A stretch of 63,965 nucleotides of DNA, the filler included, from Licmophora abbreviata (Eukaryota), in assembly GCA_900291995.1 (NCBI GenBank). It is 9 parts of 9 records of this genome, joined end to end, with 100 filler letters (N's around TTAATTAATTAA, not from the genome) between each part and the next. Parts side by side here need not be neighbours in the genome. Positions count along the whole stretch, not along the records: positions 32,809 to 43,494 come from OLMU01001384.1; positions 43,595 to 59,166 come from OLMU01001386.1; 7 more parts are not named here. The stretch is one strand, 5' to 3'. Positions 37,780 to 49,086 of this stretch are shown here, in pieces. The notes beneath the pieces are model-generated. The model did no database searches. It saw nothing but the letters and a program-made list of their open reading frames with translations, and had not been told where the DNA came from. The position numbers and the translations under genes were made by a program. Each line of letters starts with the position of its first letter. Positions within the stretch are counted from its first letter, which is position 1.

Positions 37780-39020
37780 TCAAGCCTGTCGCTGTCTCTT
37801 GGAGGCATCTTGCAAAGGCGGATCGCGAATTCCACATTCCAGAATTTGAAACAATGCCGTGCCCGCAGCCTTGTGCGGCGACTTGATCAAGCTGCACTGT
37901 CGCAGCGATGAGTCTGTTTCGGCGTCGGTGCCGCTACCGGTGCTGCTGCTTGCGGAATGTGCGACCCTCGAAAGCAAAAGTCGGGTGGTCGTCGCGTGGG
38001 CCCACGACTCTCCCAATGCTGGAACATGGTTGGATTCGCCTATGCCCTTTCCCAGTTTGGTTGTCATTTGGTTGATGACGACGACTGCGACATTGTGGGT
38101 GCTAGCCAAGTCTGCCAAGAAGGCTGCCAAGGAGATGAGTGATCGTGTGCGTGCGATATAGTCCGAGTTTTGGGCAGCGCAACGAAAATGAAAGGCAATC
38201 GAATCAATAATGACAAGTCGTACGGGTGAGCCCTGGTTGGCTCGCTCTTGCAAAAAGACTGGGAGAGTGCGAATCGTGGCTGCCTGGGAAGCTTCATCGT
38301 GAACTCGATAGACATGAATTCCATCGAGAATCGAGTCCGCAGTGAAGGAGTCCGGGACTGTCGATGAAGAAGCCGAGGTTTTGCGGCGTAGGGCAGTACG
38401 ATGAGCATGATCGACGAGGGCCTGTAGTGATAAAAGAGCGAGCAAGAATGTTGCGAGTGAGCTTTGCACACATGATTGTGCATGAGTTGATGGCGATAGC
38501 AAAAGAAGAGACTGACCGTCGCCATTGTGTAACATCGTTCGGGACTGAAGGATCCCTCCGTATCAATATAAACAGATTCTCCCGCCACGCCCCCGAGCTG
38601 TGTCGGAAGTCGCGCATCCACACAGAGCTGAATACACAGCTGTGTCTTTCCCACACCCGGCATTCCCGAAATCTCCGTGACTTCCGACTTGGCAATGCCG
38701 CCTCCCAGCAGGTGATCTATGTTTCTCGAAAACGTGACAATGGTCCGTTGCGAGACGGGCTGTTTCGATACTAGCTGCAGTGCCGTCTGACTAGCAGTAC
38801 TCTGGCTGTTCTCCTGTCCCACCAAGCTGTCGAGTTCTCTCCATATACTCGCCGCTTCGCTCATGCTGCACCCGAGCTCGGCGGCAAGGTTGCTCATGCC
38901 GCCATTTTGCTTGCTTTCGAGGAGTTCTCCTGAATAAACAAAGCCACGGCGGTCCAAGGTGGACAACGTTGATGGACGAAGAGGCAAAAGGGATAGTTTG
39001 AAGGAAGCAGAGGATACCAT
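37780..39020 (-). CDS. RAD51C: RAD51 paralogue C; join(39020..38517,38421..37780)
   Basis: GMPGVGKTQLC (Walker A), YIDTEGSF, LVIIDSIAFHFR (Walker B), NQMTTK, PALGESWAH. Confidence 0.9.
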
Positions 39021-39384
39021 GGTGTGGTCGCGACCGAGGTGTGTTGCGGGTTTCAAGTTGCGATGCAATGACGAGATTGTTAGCGACATCGCAACATCCG
39101 GGTCTCCCCGGTTCTGAAAGAGATGCTTTCTCATCACGAGAAAAACTCGAGGTCCACAAAAAATCTGAAAGCTGTAAGCAGCAATCCAATCAGATGTTGC
39201 GCTGCGGTCTCCCTGGATGATCATCATGGTCACTCTTCCGAGGCAAGAGGATCTCCATGCTGTCGGTTTGATCATGAAGAAGTCTTGGGGCATCTTGTTG
39301 GGTGCGCTGCTACGGGGGTCGATTCAGCAGCAGGCAGCCCGCCCAGAATGAACAACAGCGTCGACTGCTTATGAGATCGACGAT

Positions 39385-39882
39385 ATGGGCGGAGCCCATG
39401 TAAGCAAACTTTTGGAGATGGAAATCGATCTAGCTTCGGGGAGCCTCAGCCTTGAGGAAGATGGAAACAGCCGCGATCATGAGGGAGCCTCCTTTAGTGT
39501 CTACAACGTTCGTCCCAGAAAAATCCATGGTATTACAGGGATGCGTGGATATGATGTTGTCCTGACGGTGTACGACGCGGACGAGTGGCAAGAAACTGAA
39601 GACTTTTTGTTTTTTAGCTGTTCGTCAGAGCAGCCGATGCCGCTCCGAACTGTATCCGATGCAAGAAATCGGTCGACTGGATTGTCGAAGACGGATGTAT
39701 CCAAGGACACTGAGAGTTCAATATCTAGATCTAAACATGGAAAACCAGAGCGGCAACTTGATGGAGGAGACTCCGAAATGTCGAAGATGGACGCATCAGG
39801 AGCTTCCCGTCTTCCAGAGGGTCAGCCAGACGGTGCCGCCCGAGGACGCCGAAACACAAGGCGCACCATCGTCTGCAGATGA
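39385..39882 (+). CDS. Hypothetical protein
   Basis: 165-aa ATG ORF divergent from RAD51C; no motif recognised. Confidence 0.35.
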   Translation: MGGAHVSKLLEMEIDLASGSLSLEEDGNSRDHEGASFSVYNVRPRKIHGITGMRGYDVVLTVYDADEWQETEDFLFFSCSSEQPMPLRTVSDARNRSTGLSKTDVSKDTESSISRSKHGKPERQLDGGDSEMSKMDASGASRLPEGQPDGAARGRRNTRRTIVCR

Positions 39883-40069
39883 TTTTTAAGGTGTCACTGA
39901 AGCTTTAGCTTAGTATCGATAGCTGTAGTGTAAGAAGTAGCTGCATTGAAAATGTGTCCTAACCCAGTATCATAGTATTGCTAAGATGAGGATCAAACGG
40001 AAAGAAGGGGGCGAAATTTGTGTATTCTATTGAATTCTAATACTCTAGTATGCACATTCCCACTAGGTA

Positions 40070-40142
40070 GGGGGATTAGCTCAGTTGGTAGAGCGCGTGC
40101 TTAGCATGCACGAGGTCGTGGATTCGATTTCCACATTCTCCA
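40070..40142 (+). tRNA. tRNA-Ala (anticodon AGC)
   Basis: Cloverleaf: acceptor GGGGGAT/ATTCTCC with G3:U70, D arm GCTC/GAGC, anticodon arm CGTGC-TTAGCAT-GCACG, T arm GTGGA-TTCGATT-TCCAC; T-runs downstream. Confidence 0.96.
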
Positions 40143-40394
40143 ATCCTTTTGCTTTTTGCGAAAGTCTGCTCTTGCGTGGAACCTATAAACTGCCCCCCCC
40201 CCCCCATTCACTCGCGCTGTGACCTAGGTTCATGCCAGTAGCTAGTAGTACTGCACAAGCTAGCTGTTCATTCCATCATCTACTATGGGACCCATAATCG
40301 GGGATGATTACTTGTTGGCTTGCGTGTGCATTCGTTCGGCCAAGATCGTAGCTATAGAGTACTTGCACGAACAGAGTCTAACACACTCTGTCAT

Positions 40395-41561
40395 TTACGG
40401 CGCTTGAAAGTTGATGATTCGTGCGAACTTGGAGCTATCGAGTGAAGCTCCTCCCACAAGTGCACCATCAATATCAGACTGCGCCATGAGTTCGTCTACC
40501 GACTCGGGCGTGACACTGCCTCCGTACAAGATACGAGTAGCATCGGCCGTTTCTTGGTCGTACATTTCAGCGATAATGGATCGGCACGTGGCATGCACGC
40601 TCTGCGCCGTTTCTGGAGTCGCGACTGAGAGTGTAGGGAAAGAATGACAGGGTGAGACAGTGTGACGGAGCAGGAGCAAAGGGTCGAACCGACTGGCTCG
40701 TTTGTTCCGCGTGACGCCACCTCATCCCTTGCGAAAAACACACACACAGACACCACTCCACTCACCCTTTCCCGTTCCTATTGCCCAAACTGGCTCGTAT
40801 GCAATCACCACACGCTCCATTTCTTCCTTGGTCACTCCGGCAAGGCCTTTTTTCAACTGCACGGCGCAGACGGCACCGGCCAAGTTCTGATCGTACTCTG
40901 CCTCGCTCTCACCAATGCAAAGCATGACACTCATCCCAAGCTCCATCAACTTTTTGACTTGTCCGTTGATGTATTCATCGGTCTCGCCAAAGATGACACG
41001 ACGCTCCGAATGTCCCGCCAGTGCCCACTGGACGCCAATGGACTTGAGCATGGAAGCAGAGACGGCTCCTGTAAAGGCACCGTCGATTTGCGGACAAACG
41101 CCCTAGTGGTGATCGTAACGTAGTAGAAGGTAACAACGTACTGTGAGAATGGATCGCGCGGGTCACTGCAGCGGTACATAGGCATCGATCGAGCCGAGCA
41201 CTAGAAACAAAAAGCAGTAAATCCGTGAATGCACTACATACTATCATCTACTGCGCCGACTTACCTCTGCTCCGACCAGAACGTTCTTGTCAGCAGCTTC
41301 CATGGCAGCATCGATGAAGACATAGGGGACAAAGAGAGCACGATCGGCGTCGGGAGAGTCGGCAGTTACAGCAGCTGCAATCTCCGTCGCCAAGGCAACG
41401 GCTTCATCCTTGGTTTGCGGGTTGAGTTTCCAGTTTCCTGAAATGAACGGCTTGCGAGTTTTCGCAGATAGCTCCGTGCTGGTTGACGTCTGCACGACTC
41501 CGAAGGGAGCAAAGGCTGCAGCGGCGCTGCAGAGAGAAAGCAGGGCGATAGCAAACTTCAT
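40395..41561 (-). CDS. TPI: Plastid triosephosphate isomerase; join(41561..41265,41102..40766,40624..40395)
   Basis: Bipartite presequence [60 protein letters not shown]. Confidence 0.96.
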
Positions 41562-41902
41562 GGTAGATGTATGGATGATGATGCAGTGTGTACCGATGAC
41601 TCGACTCTTTCGTTTGTGGCGCGCCGACGACGAGTGGATCTGATGGCGCCAATTGATGGAAACTGGATTTCGGAGATTCCCATTTCTACGTGAAAGAGAC
41701 GTTGAGGAGTACCGAAAACGCAAGATACGAAGAATCTTTGAAATCATGACTCAGAACCAAATTTAGAGCCGCGAAACATCATGCCACGGGATCTTTTTCA
41801 AGATCTGTCGCCATCACATCATCAAGTGTGCTTCGGGAAGTTTGACATATTTTCGTCACTCGCATCCCCTTGTTTCCCTGGATTCCTCCTTCCAACTGCA
41901 CC

Positions 41903-42931
41903 ATGGCTCGCCCGAGAAGAGCAACAGGACTGGTACTAGTCGGCTGTCTAACAGTTGCAAACGCCTTTACCGTCACATCACCCCCATCACAGTTTCAAAG
42001 TACAAGTCGGGCTGCTACACAACGGCACGGCAGCAGCACGCTTTGGATGACTAGCGGTGATCCCTCAGAAGTAAGAGTCATGGTCAACGGCATGCCAGGT
42101 CCAATGGCTACTGCGGCAGCCGAGGCCTGTCTTCGCAAGGGTCTCAAACTCTCTCCGGTCGCCATGACGGGACCCGACGTGGAAGCCTGCACTATTTCGG
42201 TACATGACTTGACGACGGGCAAGGCGGCAGATGTCAGGTTGATTCCATCCAGTCAAACGGAGGAACTGGCGGCGGCCATTGAGGGAGTCAAGACAGCAGT
42301 GGGTGACAATAATGTGATTGCCATTGACTATACGCACCCATCGGCTGTCAATGGAAATGCCGTCTTCTATGTCAAGAACAACATTCCGTTCGTCATGGGC
42401 ACGACGGGTGGGGATCGGGAAAAACTTTTGTCTGACATGGAATCGTCCAAGCATTTTGCTGTGATTGCGCCCAACATGGGCAAACAGATAGTAGCCATGC
42501 AGGCGGCCTTGGAGAATTTGGCATCCAGTTACCCGTCGGCCTTTGAGGGATACAAGTTGCAAGTTACAGAAAGTCATCAAAAGACCAAAGCTGATACCTC
42601 TGGCACGGCCAAGGCCGTGATTGATTCACTAAAGACGCTCAGCGATTCCTCGTTCCAAGAAGAAGACATTAATATGATTCGCGACGACAAAGAATCCATC
42701 GCGTTCGGTGTTCCGGAGGACTCGTTGAGGGGACATGCATTTCACACGTACACGCTGACGAGTCCCGACGGAAGCGTTCAGTTTCAGCTACAACACAATG
42801 TGGCGGGGCGGACTGTCTATGCAGAGGGCACTGCAGACGCGGTCAAGTTCTTGGTTAAAAAGATGGCGACCGAAACAGAAGGAAAAGTCTTCACTATGAT
42901 CAACGTCCTAGAAGAGGGAGCTCTAGAGTGA
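41903..42931 (+). CDS. dapB: 4-hydroxy-tetrahydrodipicolinate reductase, plant/plastid type
   Basis: VNGMPGPM, IDYTHP, FVMGTTG, APNMGKQ, ESHQKTKADTSGTAK, GHAFHTY, YAEG; signal peptide ending ANA-F. Confidence 0.93.
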   Translation: MARPRRATGLVLVGCLTVANAFTVTSPPSQFQSTSRAATQRHGSSTLWMTSGDPSEVRVMVNGMPGPMATAAAEACLRKGLKLSPVAMTGPDVEACTISVHDLTTGKAADVRLIPSSQTEELAAAIEGVKTAVGDNNVIAIDYTHPSAVNGNAVFYVKNNIPFVMGTTGGDREKLLSDMESSKHFAVIAPNMGKQIVAMQAALENLASSYPSAFEGYKLQVTESHQKTKADTSGTAKAVIDSLKTLSDSSFQEEDINMIRDDKESIAFGVPEDSLRGHAFHTYTLTSPDGSVQFQLQHNVAGRTVYAEGTADAVKFLVKKMATETEGKVFTMINVLEEGALE

Positions 42932-42976
42932 TGAAATATGCTACAAAATACGATAATCTAAGGATCAAGCTTTGAA

Positions 42977-43494
42977 CTACTCATTTGTTGACACAGCGAG
43001 GACAGTCACAAACAAATAAATACTTTGCCCTGAGTTCACGCATCCTTCGCGATCGGTCTGTAGCACTTCGTCCCGCAGAGGGCCCGACTTGGATGTAGCT
43101 GATTGTGATTTCCTCGCCCGGTTGGATCTCGCGCCGAGCGACCACATCGATACAGCAGTCAACGAATTCCTGGCTTCGAACTTCGGCGTTGGGGTCGCAA
43201 GAATGGTTGATTCGAGATGTAAGACGAAAGATTGCTGCAACATGTGCGGCGCACTGTGATGCGAAGAGATGCCAGCACGCGACATGAGTTGCACTGTGTT
43301 GTGCTACAATGAAATGTTCCGATGAGGGGATCGGTACTACTCACTCGTTCCATCACCTGCCGATCCATTTCACGATGAAGTAGCCCGTCATCAGAACCAA
43401 GAGCCAATGCAACGTTCTCTATTACTTCGGTATGCTTCTCCGTGCCCCTACCCCCCGACGCTCTCAATAAAGCTCCATGATACGCTCGAAAGGG
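42977..43494 (-). CDS. Possible 3' fragment of a gene whose start lies in the gap
   Basis: Open frame from the gap edge (PFRAYHGALLRASGG...) with a GTGAGT donor and a downstream ORF; no family recognised. Confidence 0.3.
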
Positions 43495-44003
43495 NNNNNN
43501 NNNNNNNNNNNNNNNNNNNNNNNNNNNNNNNNNNNNNNTTAATTAATTAANNNNNNNNNNNNNNNNNNNNNNNNNNNNNNNNNNNNNNNNNNNNTCGTAC
43601 CTTTTCGGACTTTTCGGTGATTTTTCATTTTCCTCGTGTCTCTTTACACGCGTATCTTTGGCTCGCCCCGCTTCTGGGTCGTGCATGAATTTTTGCTGCG
43701 TGCGGGTCCGGCGTCAGAAAAGCTAAAAGTAATGAAAACCTTCTATCAATACTGCTACTGGTAGGAGTGTATTATAGGGGACACTCCGTCTCCCTCTCTA
43801 TTCACACCGTGGTTTGGGAGATCCTACCTGAATAGCTTGACAGGGCCATGTGCTTCTGTGCTTCTGTGCTTCTTTACGTCTCAGTCGACAACCTTCTAAC
43901 ACAACACCTGGCGTCTAGAGAGTGAAGTAAGCAAATTCATGTGCACCGTACCTGTAGAGTCAGTCTATCCGAACCGAAGCTTGTCTAGCTAATTTACGAA
44001 GAG

Positions 44004-46043
44004 CTAGTCCCCTAACGAAGGTGACCCTAACAGAAACGTAGCGACCCAGCTGCGAAGCGCGTCGTCTGAAAGGTGTGACACATTTACGTCACTCTTAAAT
44101 ACCAGCGTGTCGTCTTCTTCGTCGAATCCTTCTCCAAGCCCCGATATCGGCGTACCATTCTCACTACTCGATGTCATTTTCTTATCCGTGTCTCGTTTCC
44201 TGGCGCCCTTGTTCCACGCGTCCTCGGCAATGGCAAGATTCGAAACCAAATTGAGTTTCGTGAGAATTTCTTGATTCATGAGCGCATCCCAGACACCCTG
44301 GACATGAGAGTCTGGTATCAACTCGAAGTTCCCGCTCTTGACTTCGCCGTCCATCCCTCGCGCGACGCCTTTCTCGCCCTTGGTCCAAACAGACACTCCA
44401 GTAACTACTAGAAAATCTTCCGGGGTAGCCAAACCTGTCCCGATAGCTGTTGTGATCTGCTCTGATGTACATTTGTAGATTGTGTCTTTTCCGGGGCCAA
44501 TCTCGCTCCCGATGCCTGCAGTGCGTAGCTTTGGATTGCAGTGGAGCCAAAGAAGTGGCTCTTGCCCCTTGACCGCGTACTGGCCTCCGAAACGAAGCGG
44601 AATCGATACTTTCCGCGACTGGCTGGTAGACTTGTCCGTTATTTGCATGTCAAGGCCCTTCGCCGCTGGCCGATTCAAGACGACGCCAACGCTGGTATTC
44701 TCGTCGTCCAGAATTACGAGAACAATCGACTTGTGCAGCTCTTGCTTCTCCAACAAGAATGGCGATCGGTCCGCGGACGATGCCCTTACTAGGCTTCCCT
44801 CTGTCACGCCATCCCCGCGCACAGCCGCCGAGACACGACTCAGTAAGCGATCTACCGGGTTGGCAGAGAGTATTTCCTGTGTCGATGGCACGCCCTCGGG
44901 AGAACGACGCCTCTCTCCTGCTCCGCCCCCAGCGGCGGTCGACAATAAATTCTGGCGGGCCCATTCTTTCAGTATCAGATCGTCAAAGTCGCCACTGTAG
45001 TCATCTGCCGTTTCGCCTCGTCCGATCATACGCATCAGCAAGTCCCATGTATCCAGTCCTGCGTCCCTAGGGTCGGCCGCTGTACCCAGCCTCGCGAGCT
45101 CCTTCAGCAGGGTTTGCGAGTCCGTGGCCACCATGTACCAGCTCTTTCGATCCAGCTCACCCATGAGTTGACTTGGACCCCAGCCAGCGTAGCCACAAAA
45201 GACCCAGAAGTCTGTCGGCTTGGCAGCTCCGGTCTTCACCAGTTTCTTGGCATTCTCAAACGTCGTCCATTGGATATCCTTCATTACAGGAATACTGGCC
45301 TTCCCGACCCGCTCGCCCTTGAGAGAGTGCAAACAGATAATGTCGGGGTTGGACGAATCAAGATTCTGAACGTCACCTCCAAACCAGACCCGCCATTTGA
45401 CGCCTTCATTGATATCGTCGTCGAGCGTCAAGTCCGTCGGTCGATTCAGAATAATACCCTTGGTAAAGGTATTCTCGTCATGATCCAGCACGAGAATCGC
45501 AGCTTTATGAAAGTATTGCTGTCGCAGGCCAAATCCAAACTCCTGCTCCACTCCTCCCAAAATCACTGCACCCTGTTCGATGACGTTACCCGAATCGTAC
45601 GCCCATTGCGACGGATCGAGGGGTGTCATGAATTTCTCAATAAGAGCACCAGCGCCATCATTCGAGACGTCTTGCTGTTGTTTTGTAGCTGTAGATCGAA
45701 AAACAGAACCTATGCCATCCAAGTCGCCTTCCTCGTCAAGAAGCCCATCTGCGCTACCATCGGCCTTGTCCTCCTTGGTCATGACAAGTTTTGCGCGAAA
45801 GGCTCTCCAGTCTTGATCTGAGAGATCAATTTCGTCGTCCTCCTCCTCTTCTTCCTCCTCGTCCGAGTCTCGGCTGGCATGAAGATATGTGTTGTGAAGG
45901 CGTTGAGTAGCCCTCGCGGAGAATGATCCGAGAGCACGCGGAGGGGTGATATGCAATCCAATCGCCCAGTGCTGATGGGAACCCATCAACATCCATACAA
46001 AGATACAGGAAAGCGTCAGTTTGGATGGAAGTTGTGACGCCAT
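44004..46043 (-). CDS. Tandem DUF179 (YqgE/AlgH, UPF0301) protein, probably plastid-targeted
   Basis: DWRAFRAKL; GIILNRP...FGGDV...GYAGW..QL..EL....W; second copy GVVLNRP...FGG; N-terminal signal-like segment. Confidence 0.82.
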   Translation of the reverse strand: MASQLPSKLTLSCIFVWMLMGSHQHWAIGLHITPPRALGSFSARATQRLHNTYLHASRDSDEEEEEEEDDEIDLSDQDWRAFRAKLVMTKEDKADGSADGLLDEEGDLDGIGSVFRSTATKQQQDVSNDGAGALIEKFMTPLDPSQWAYDSGNVIEQGAVILGGVEQEFGFGLRQQYFHKAAILVLDHDENTFTKGIILNRPTDLTLDDDINEGVKWRVWFGGDVQNLDSSNPDIICLHSLKGERVGKASIPVMKDIQWTTFENAKKLVKTGAAKPTDFWVFCGYAGWGPSQLMGELDRKSWYMVATDSQTLLKELARLGTAADPRDAGLDTWDLLMRMIGRGETADDYSGDFDDLILKEWARQNLLSTAAGGGAGERRRSPEGVPSTQEILSANPVDRLLSRVSAAVRGDGVTEGSLVRASSADRSPFLLEKQELHKSIVLVILDDENTSVGVVLNRPAAKGLDMQITDKSTSQSRKVSIPLRFGGQYAVKGQEPLLWLHCNPKLRTAGIGSEIGPGKDTIYKCTSEQITTAIGTGLATPEDFLVVTGVSVWTKGEKGVARGMDGEVKSGNFELIPDSHVQGVWDALMNQEILTKLNLVSNLAIAEDAWNKGARKRDTDKKMTSSSENGTPISGLGEGFDEEDDTLVFKSDVNVSHLSDDALRSWVATFLLGSPSLGD

Positions 46044-46479
46044 TTTGACCGCTAGAGGCACTTCTAAATCTCTCACCGGAAACGTTGCTCAAACAGTACA
46101 GAATGGAGCTTCTCTGTTCAGTATCTGTAGTCGCAGTCTGGTCATGCGGTCAATCTGAAAATTCCCATTGTCGTCTTTGTCGCCTGTGATGATCCGAGTT
46201 CTACTTTCAACTTTCCAGATTTTCGAGTGCACATCAGAAGCTGACGTCATCGTCGTAGAGGACGTACTGCAGTCTACACAGCGTGGGTGCGTCGTTACGA
46301 GAGCGGAGAGCGCGCATCATCCCCACACAAAAAGTGAGGACCATGGTAAAGCGAATGTCCGAACGCGATTGACCTAGAAACAACAGGATACGCACTGTAG
46401 CAAACAGGGGTTGGATTGAAGTATAATCACGATCAATTTGAAAAGAAGATTGTTATTTGGCCCAGAGGAACTTACAAAC

Positions 46480-48967
46480 ATGGAAGAGGAGCAAAATGAA
46501 AAGGATGTTTCCAAATTGACTGCCGCCGCCGAGACACAAACACAGCAGGATACTACTTCTGGAGGCAAAGCCGAGTCATCGTCCGACGAGGAAATGGAGT
46601 TTGGTGACGTGAAACGACCGGACGAGCTGACAGGACTTGCCAAGAAAAGGACGACAAGTCCTCCGACGGGAGGAGTGGTTTCGGATGGTGTGTCGTCGAC
46701 GGCAGCAGCAGCCACTCAGTCCAAAGACGGCGACAATAAAAGCGCCAAGGACAAAGAGACGAAACCGAAACCGAAATCTGCGAAGCGTGGTGGCAAAAGG
46801 CAAGGTGGACGAAATCAGAAACGGTCAAAGGCTTCCAAGCCTGGTTCCGAAGAGGTGGTTGGCCAGGAGGGAATTGACCAGGCGACAAAAGAGTTCGAAG
46901 AGACAAAAGCGAAAGTCATGGACGCTTTGCCAGAAAGTTACAAGGCTCGATTTGGTGAGGTCGTTTTCGCAAGGTACTCAAAAGAGTGGTACCCCAGTCT
47001 CATTTTGAGCCCATACGACGTGTCGCCGACAGGGGCAGTACGAAAGAAATGGATGGAAATGTTTGAAGACGTAAGCTGGTCTTAGCTTTCGGGGTGCACG
47101 TAATCGCAACTTTTGTCGTCTCACTCTCTCCTTTCCCATACCTTGTGACTTTCACGCTTGCAGACAAAGAGTAATAGCAGAAAATTGACTTATCTCGTCT
47201 ACTACTATGGGACTACCATACCGACCGAGTTTTATGGATTCCATCCATCTGCGCAAATCGTGACCTATGAAGCTGGTACGGCGAAGGGATATCATCAGAT
47301 CTCAAAAGTAGGACAGAAGAAAGAAAAGGAGGGAAAGACATTGAACAAGGATGACAGAGCCAAAAAGCAGGCAATGGCCGAGGTATACGAGGATCTCGAC
47401 AAGAAACCTGAAGACCGAAAGCGAGGCGAAAGTTTTAAAGAGCTTCATGAATCACAAGCCTTCCTGGATATCATGATGCTTCCCAAAAGTAAAGATATGG
47501 AAATATCTAGAATCGAATCTGGACTTGACTCATCTGAGGACGACGAGGTTGTATTCAAGCCAAAGAAGAAAAAGGTTCCCACGAAAAGGAAACCCTCAGC
47601 GACGAAAAAGGAGTCAAAGTCGGCTGCTCCGGCGGCTGCCCAACCAGTTGACATGTCGGTGATTGGGGACGATGAGCGCTCGTCGAGTGGTGAAGACAAA
47701 GATGACGAAAGCATTCAAGAGCCGTCGTCTTCCTCCGATGATGACGATGACTATATGGAAAGCAGCACGACCAAAGCGAAGGCCAAGCGAACAAATGAAC
47801 AAGGAAAGAAGGCAGAGAAGAAGAAGCCTATGCTCGATCGAAAGAGGACCAAAAGGCCGAGCAAAGAGCAAGAAGAAGATTCTGGAGGAGGAGCGTGACC
47901 GATACCTGGAAAGCCTCGAGAAATTTCGTCTTCCGCTTCAAAGATTGAATGCGGCGGTTAAGAGCAAGGATGCTGTTGAAGCCGAAGCCGCGATGAAAGA
48001 TGTTTTACGCATTCAGGTGAAAGAGATGGCTTGCTCGTTTATTCAAGAGTCGGGTGTGGTCCCACTAGTGAAAAACGCGAAGCAACTTCTGAAGACTGAG
48101 GAGGCTGGTTTGACGACATACAAGGAGCTATACAACCTGCTAAAATCCACCCACGAAGCGAAGAAAGATCAATTGCCGGATGTACATGATTTGAAGGGTC
48201 TCACGGCGAAATGGAGAGCGAAAACTCGAAAGAGCAAGCCGTCAAGAGTCGAAACACCTACGAAGAAGGCGAAATCTACATCAGGATCAACTGATCCGCC
48301 TAAATCGGAGAGAGTTGGCACTCCAGTCGGAAAATTAGGACTAACATCGGAGAATGTTGGCACTCCAGTCGGGGACGTATCAGCGCCGGGCGATGTCCTG
48401 CTCAAGTCCGCGCCCCCGAAATCTACCTCCGAACTCCCGCGATCTATCTCATCAGAAGTATCAACTGTCGGTGCTCCGAGACGAGAGAAGAAGTCTTTCA
48501 CGCTAGGAACCTATGTCCGGCCGTCGAAGTCGTCGAGTTCGTTGGATAGGAGTGAACAAGCCTCAAAACCGAAGGACCCACGTCTTTCGATAGAGAAAAC
48601 GAAGGTGCTGCCACTCTGGCTGACGAGTCCTCCGGAACCAGATGACGACTTCGAGAAAAACAAAGACAGAACCTTTGCCATGGAATTTATTCAGAGTGCC
48701 GCTACTCGACTGTCAGCTTCGAAAGTCAATGAGGGTTATTTTTCTAAATCTCTTGAAGCTGCCATCTTCAAATGGGCAAAGGAGAAGGTCACGCTATCAT
48801 GGGTCGACGACTACTGGCTGAAGGTTCATTCATTGGTGGGGGCTATCTGTGGGAAGGAAAAGGCGGGAACCATTGTCGATCAGATAGCGAATGGGGAGTT
48901 CGACACTGCACAAGCGATAGTGAAGCTTGACGACGACGCTCTTTTTCGCTCATTCGAAGGGATCTGA
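46480..48967 (+). CDS. PWWP/Tudor-like chromatin protein; intron 47071..47163; frame break near 47863
   Basis: FGEVVFARYSKEWYPSLIL...YLVYYYG...FYG; K/E-rich linkers; helical C-terminal domains. Confidence 0.7.
48304..48372 (+). repeat. 27-bp imperfect direct repeat inside the CDS (SERVGTPVG / SENVGTPVG), 42-bp period
   Basis: atcggagagagttggcactccagtcgg versus atcggagaatgttggcactccagtcgg. Confidence 0.85.
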
Positions 48968-49086
48968 GATAATGAATCGAGCAATCTGTACTAAGCGGGA
49001 TTGTTTCCACGAAGAGCAAGGATTTGGACGAGCATGGTTAACTATTTGCCTATAGTTTCCAGATCAGTCGACTCTCTGTATCTTTT

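Noticed and set aside
43850..43873. (TGCTTCTG)3 tandem repeat, and the poly-C run at about 40193-40205
   Set aside because: Ordinary short simple repeats with no evident function.
22596..47898. Programmed ribosomal frameshifting in the DHHC, ENT, EndoIII-like and PWWP genes
   Set aside because: Each break can be repaired by removing a base from a short A/T run (for example DHHC gives [28 protein letters not shown]). There is no shared slippery site or adjacent stop, so homopolymer sequencing error is more likely. Raw reads would settle it.
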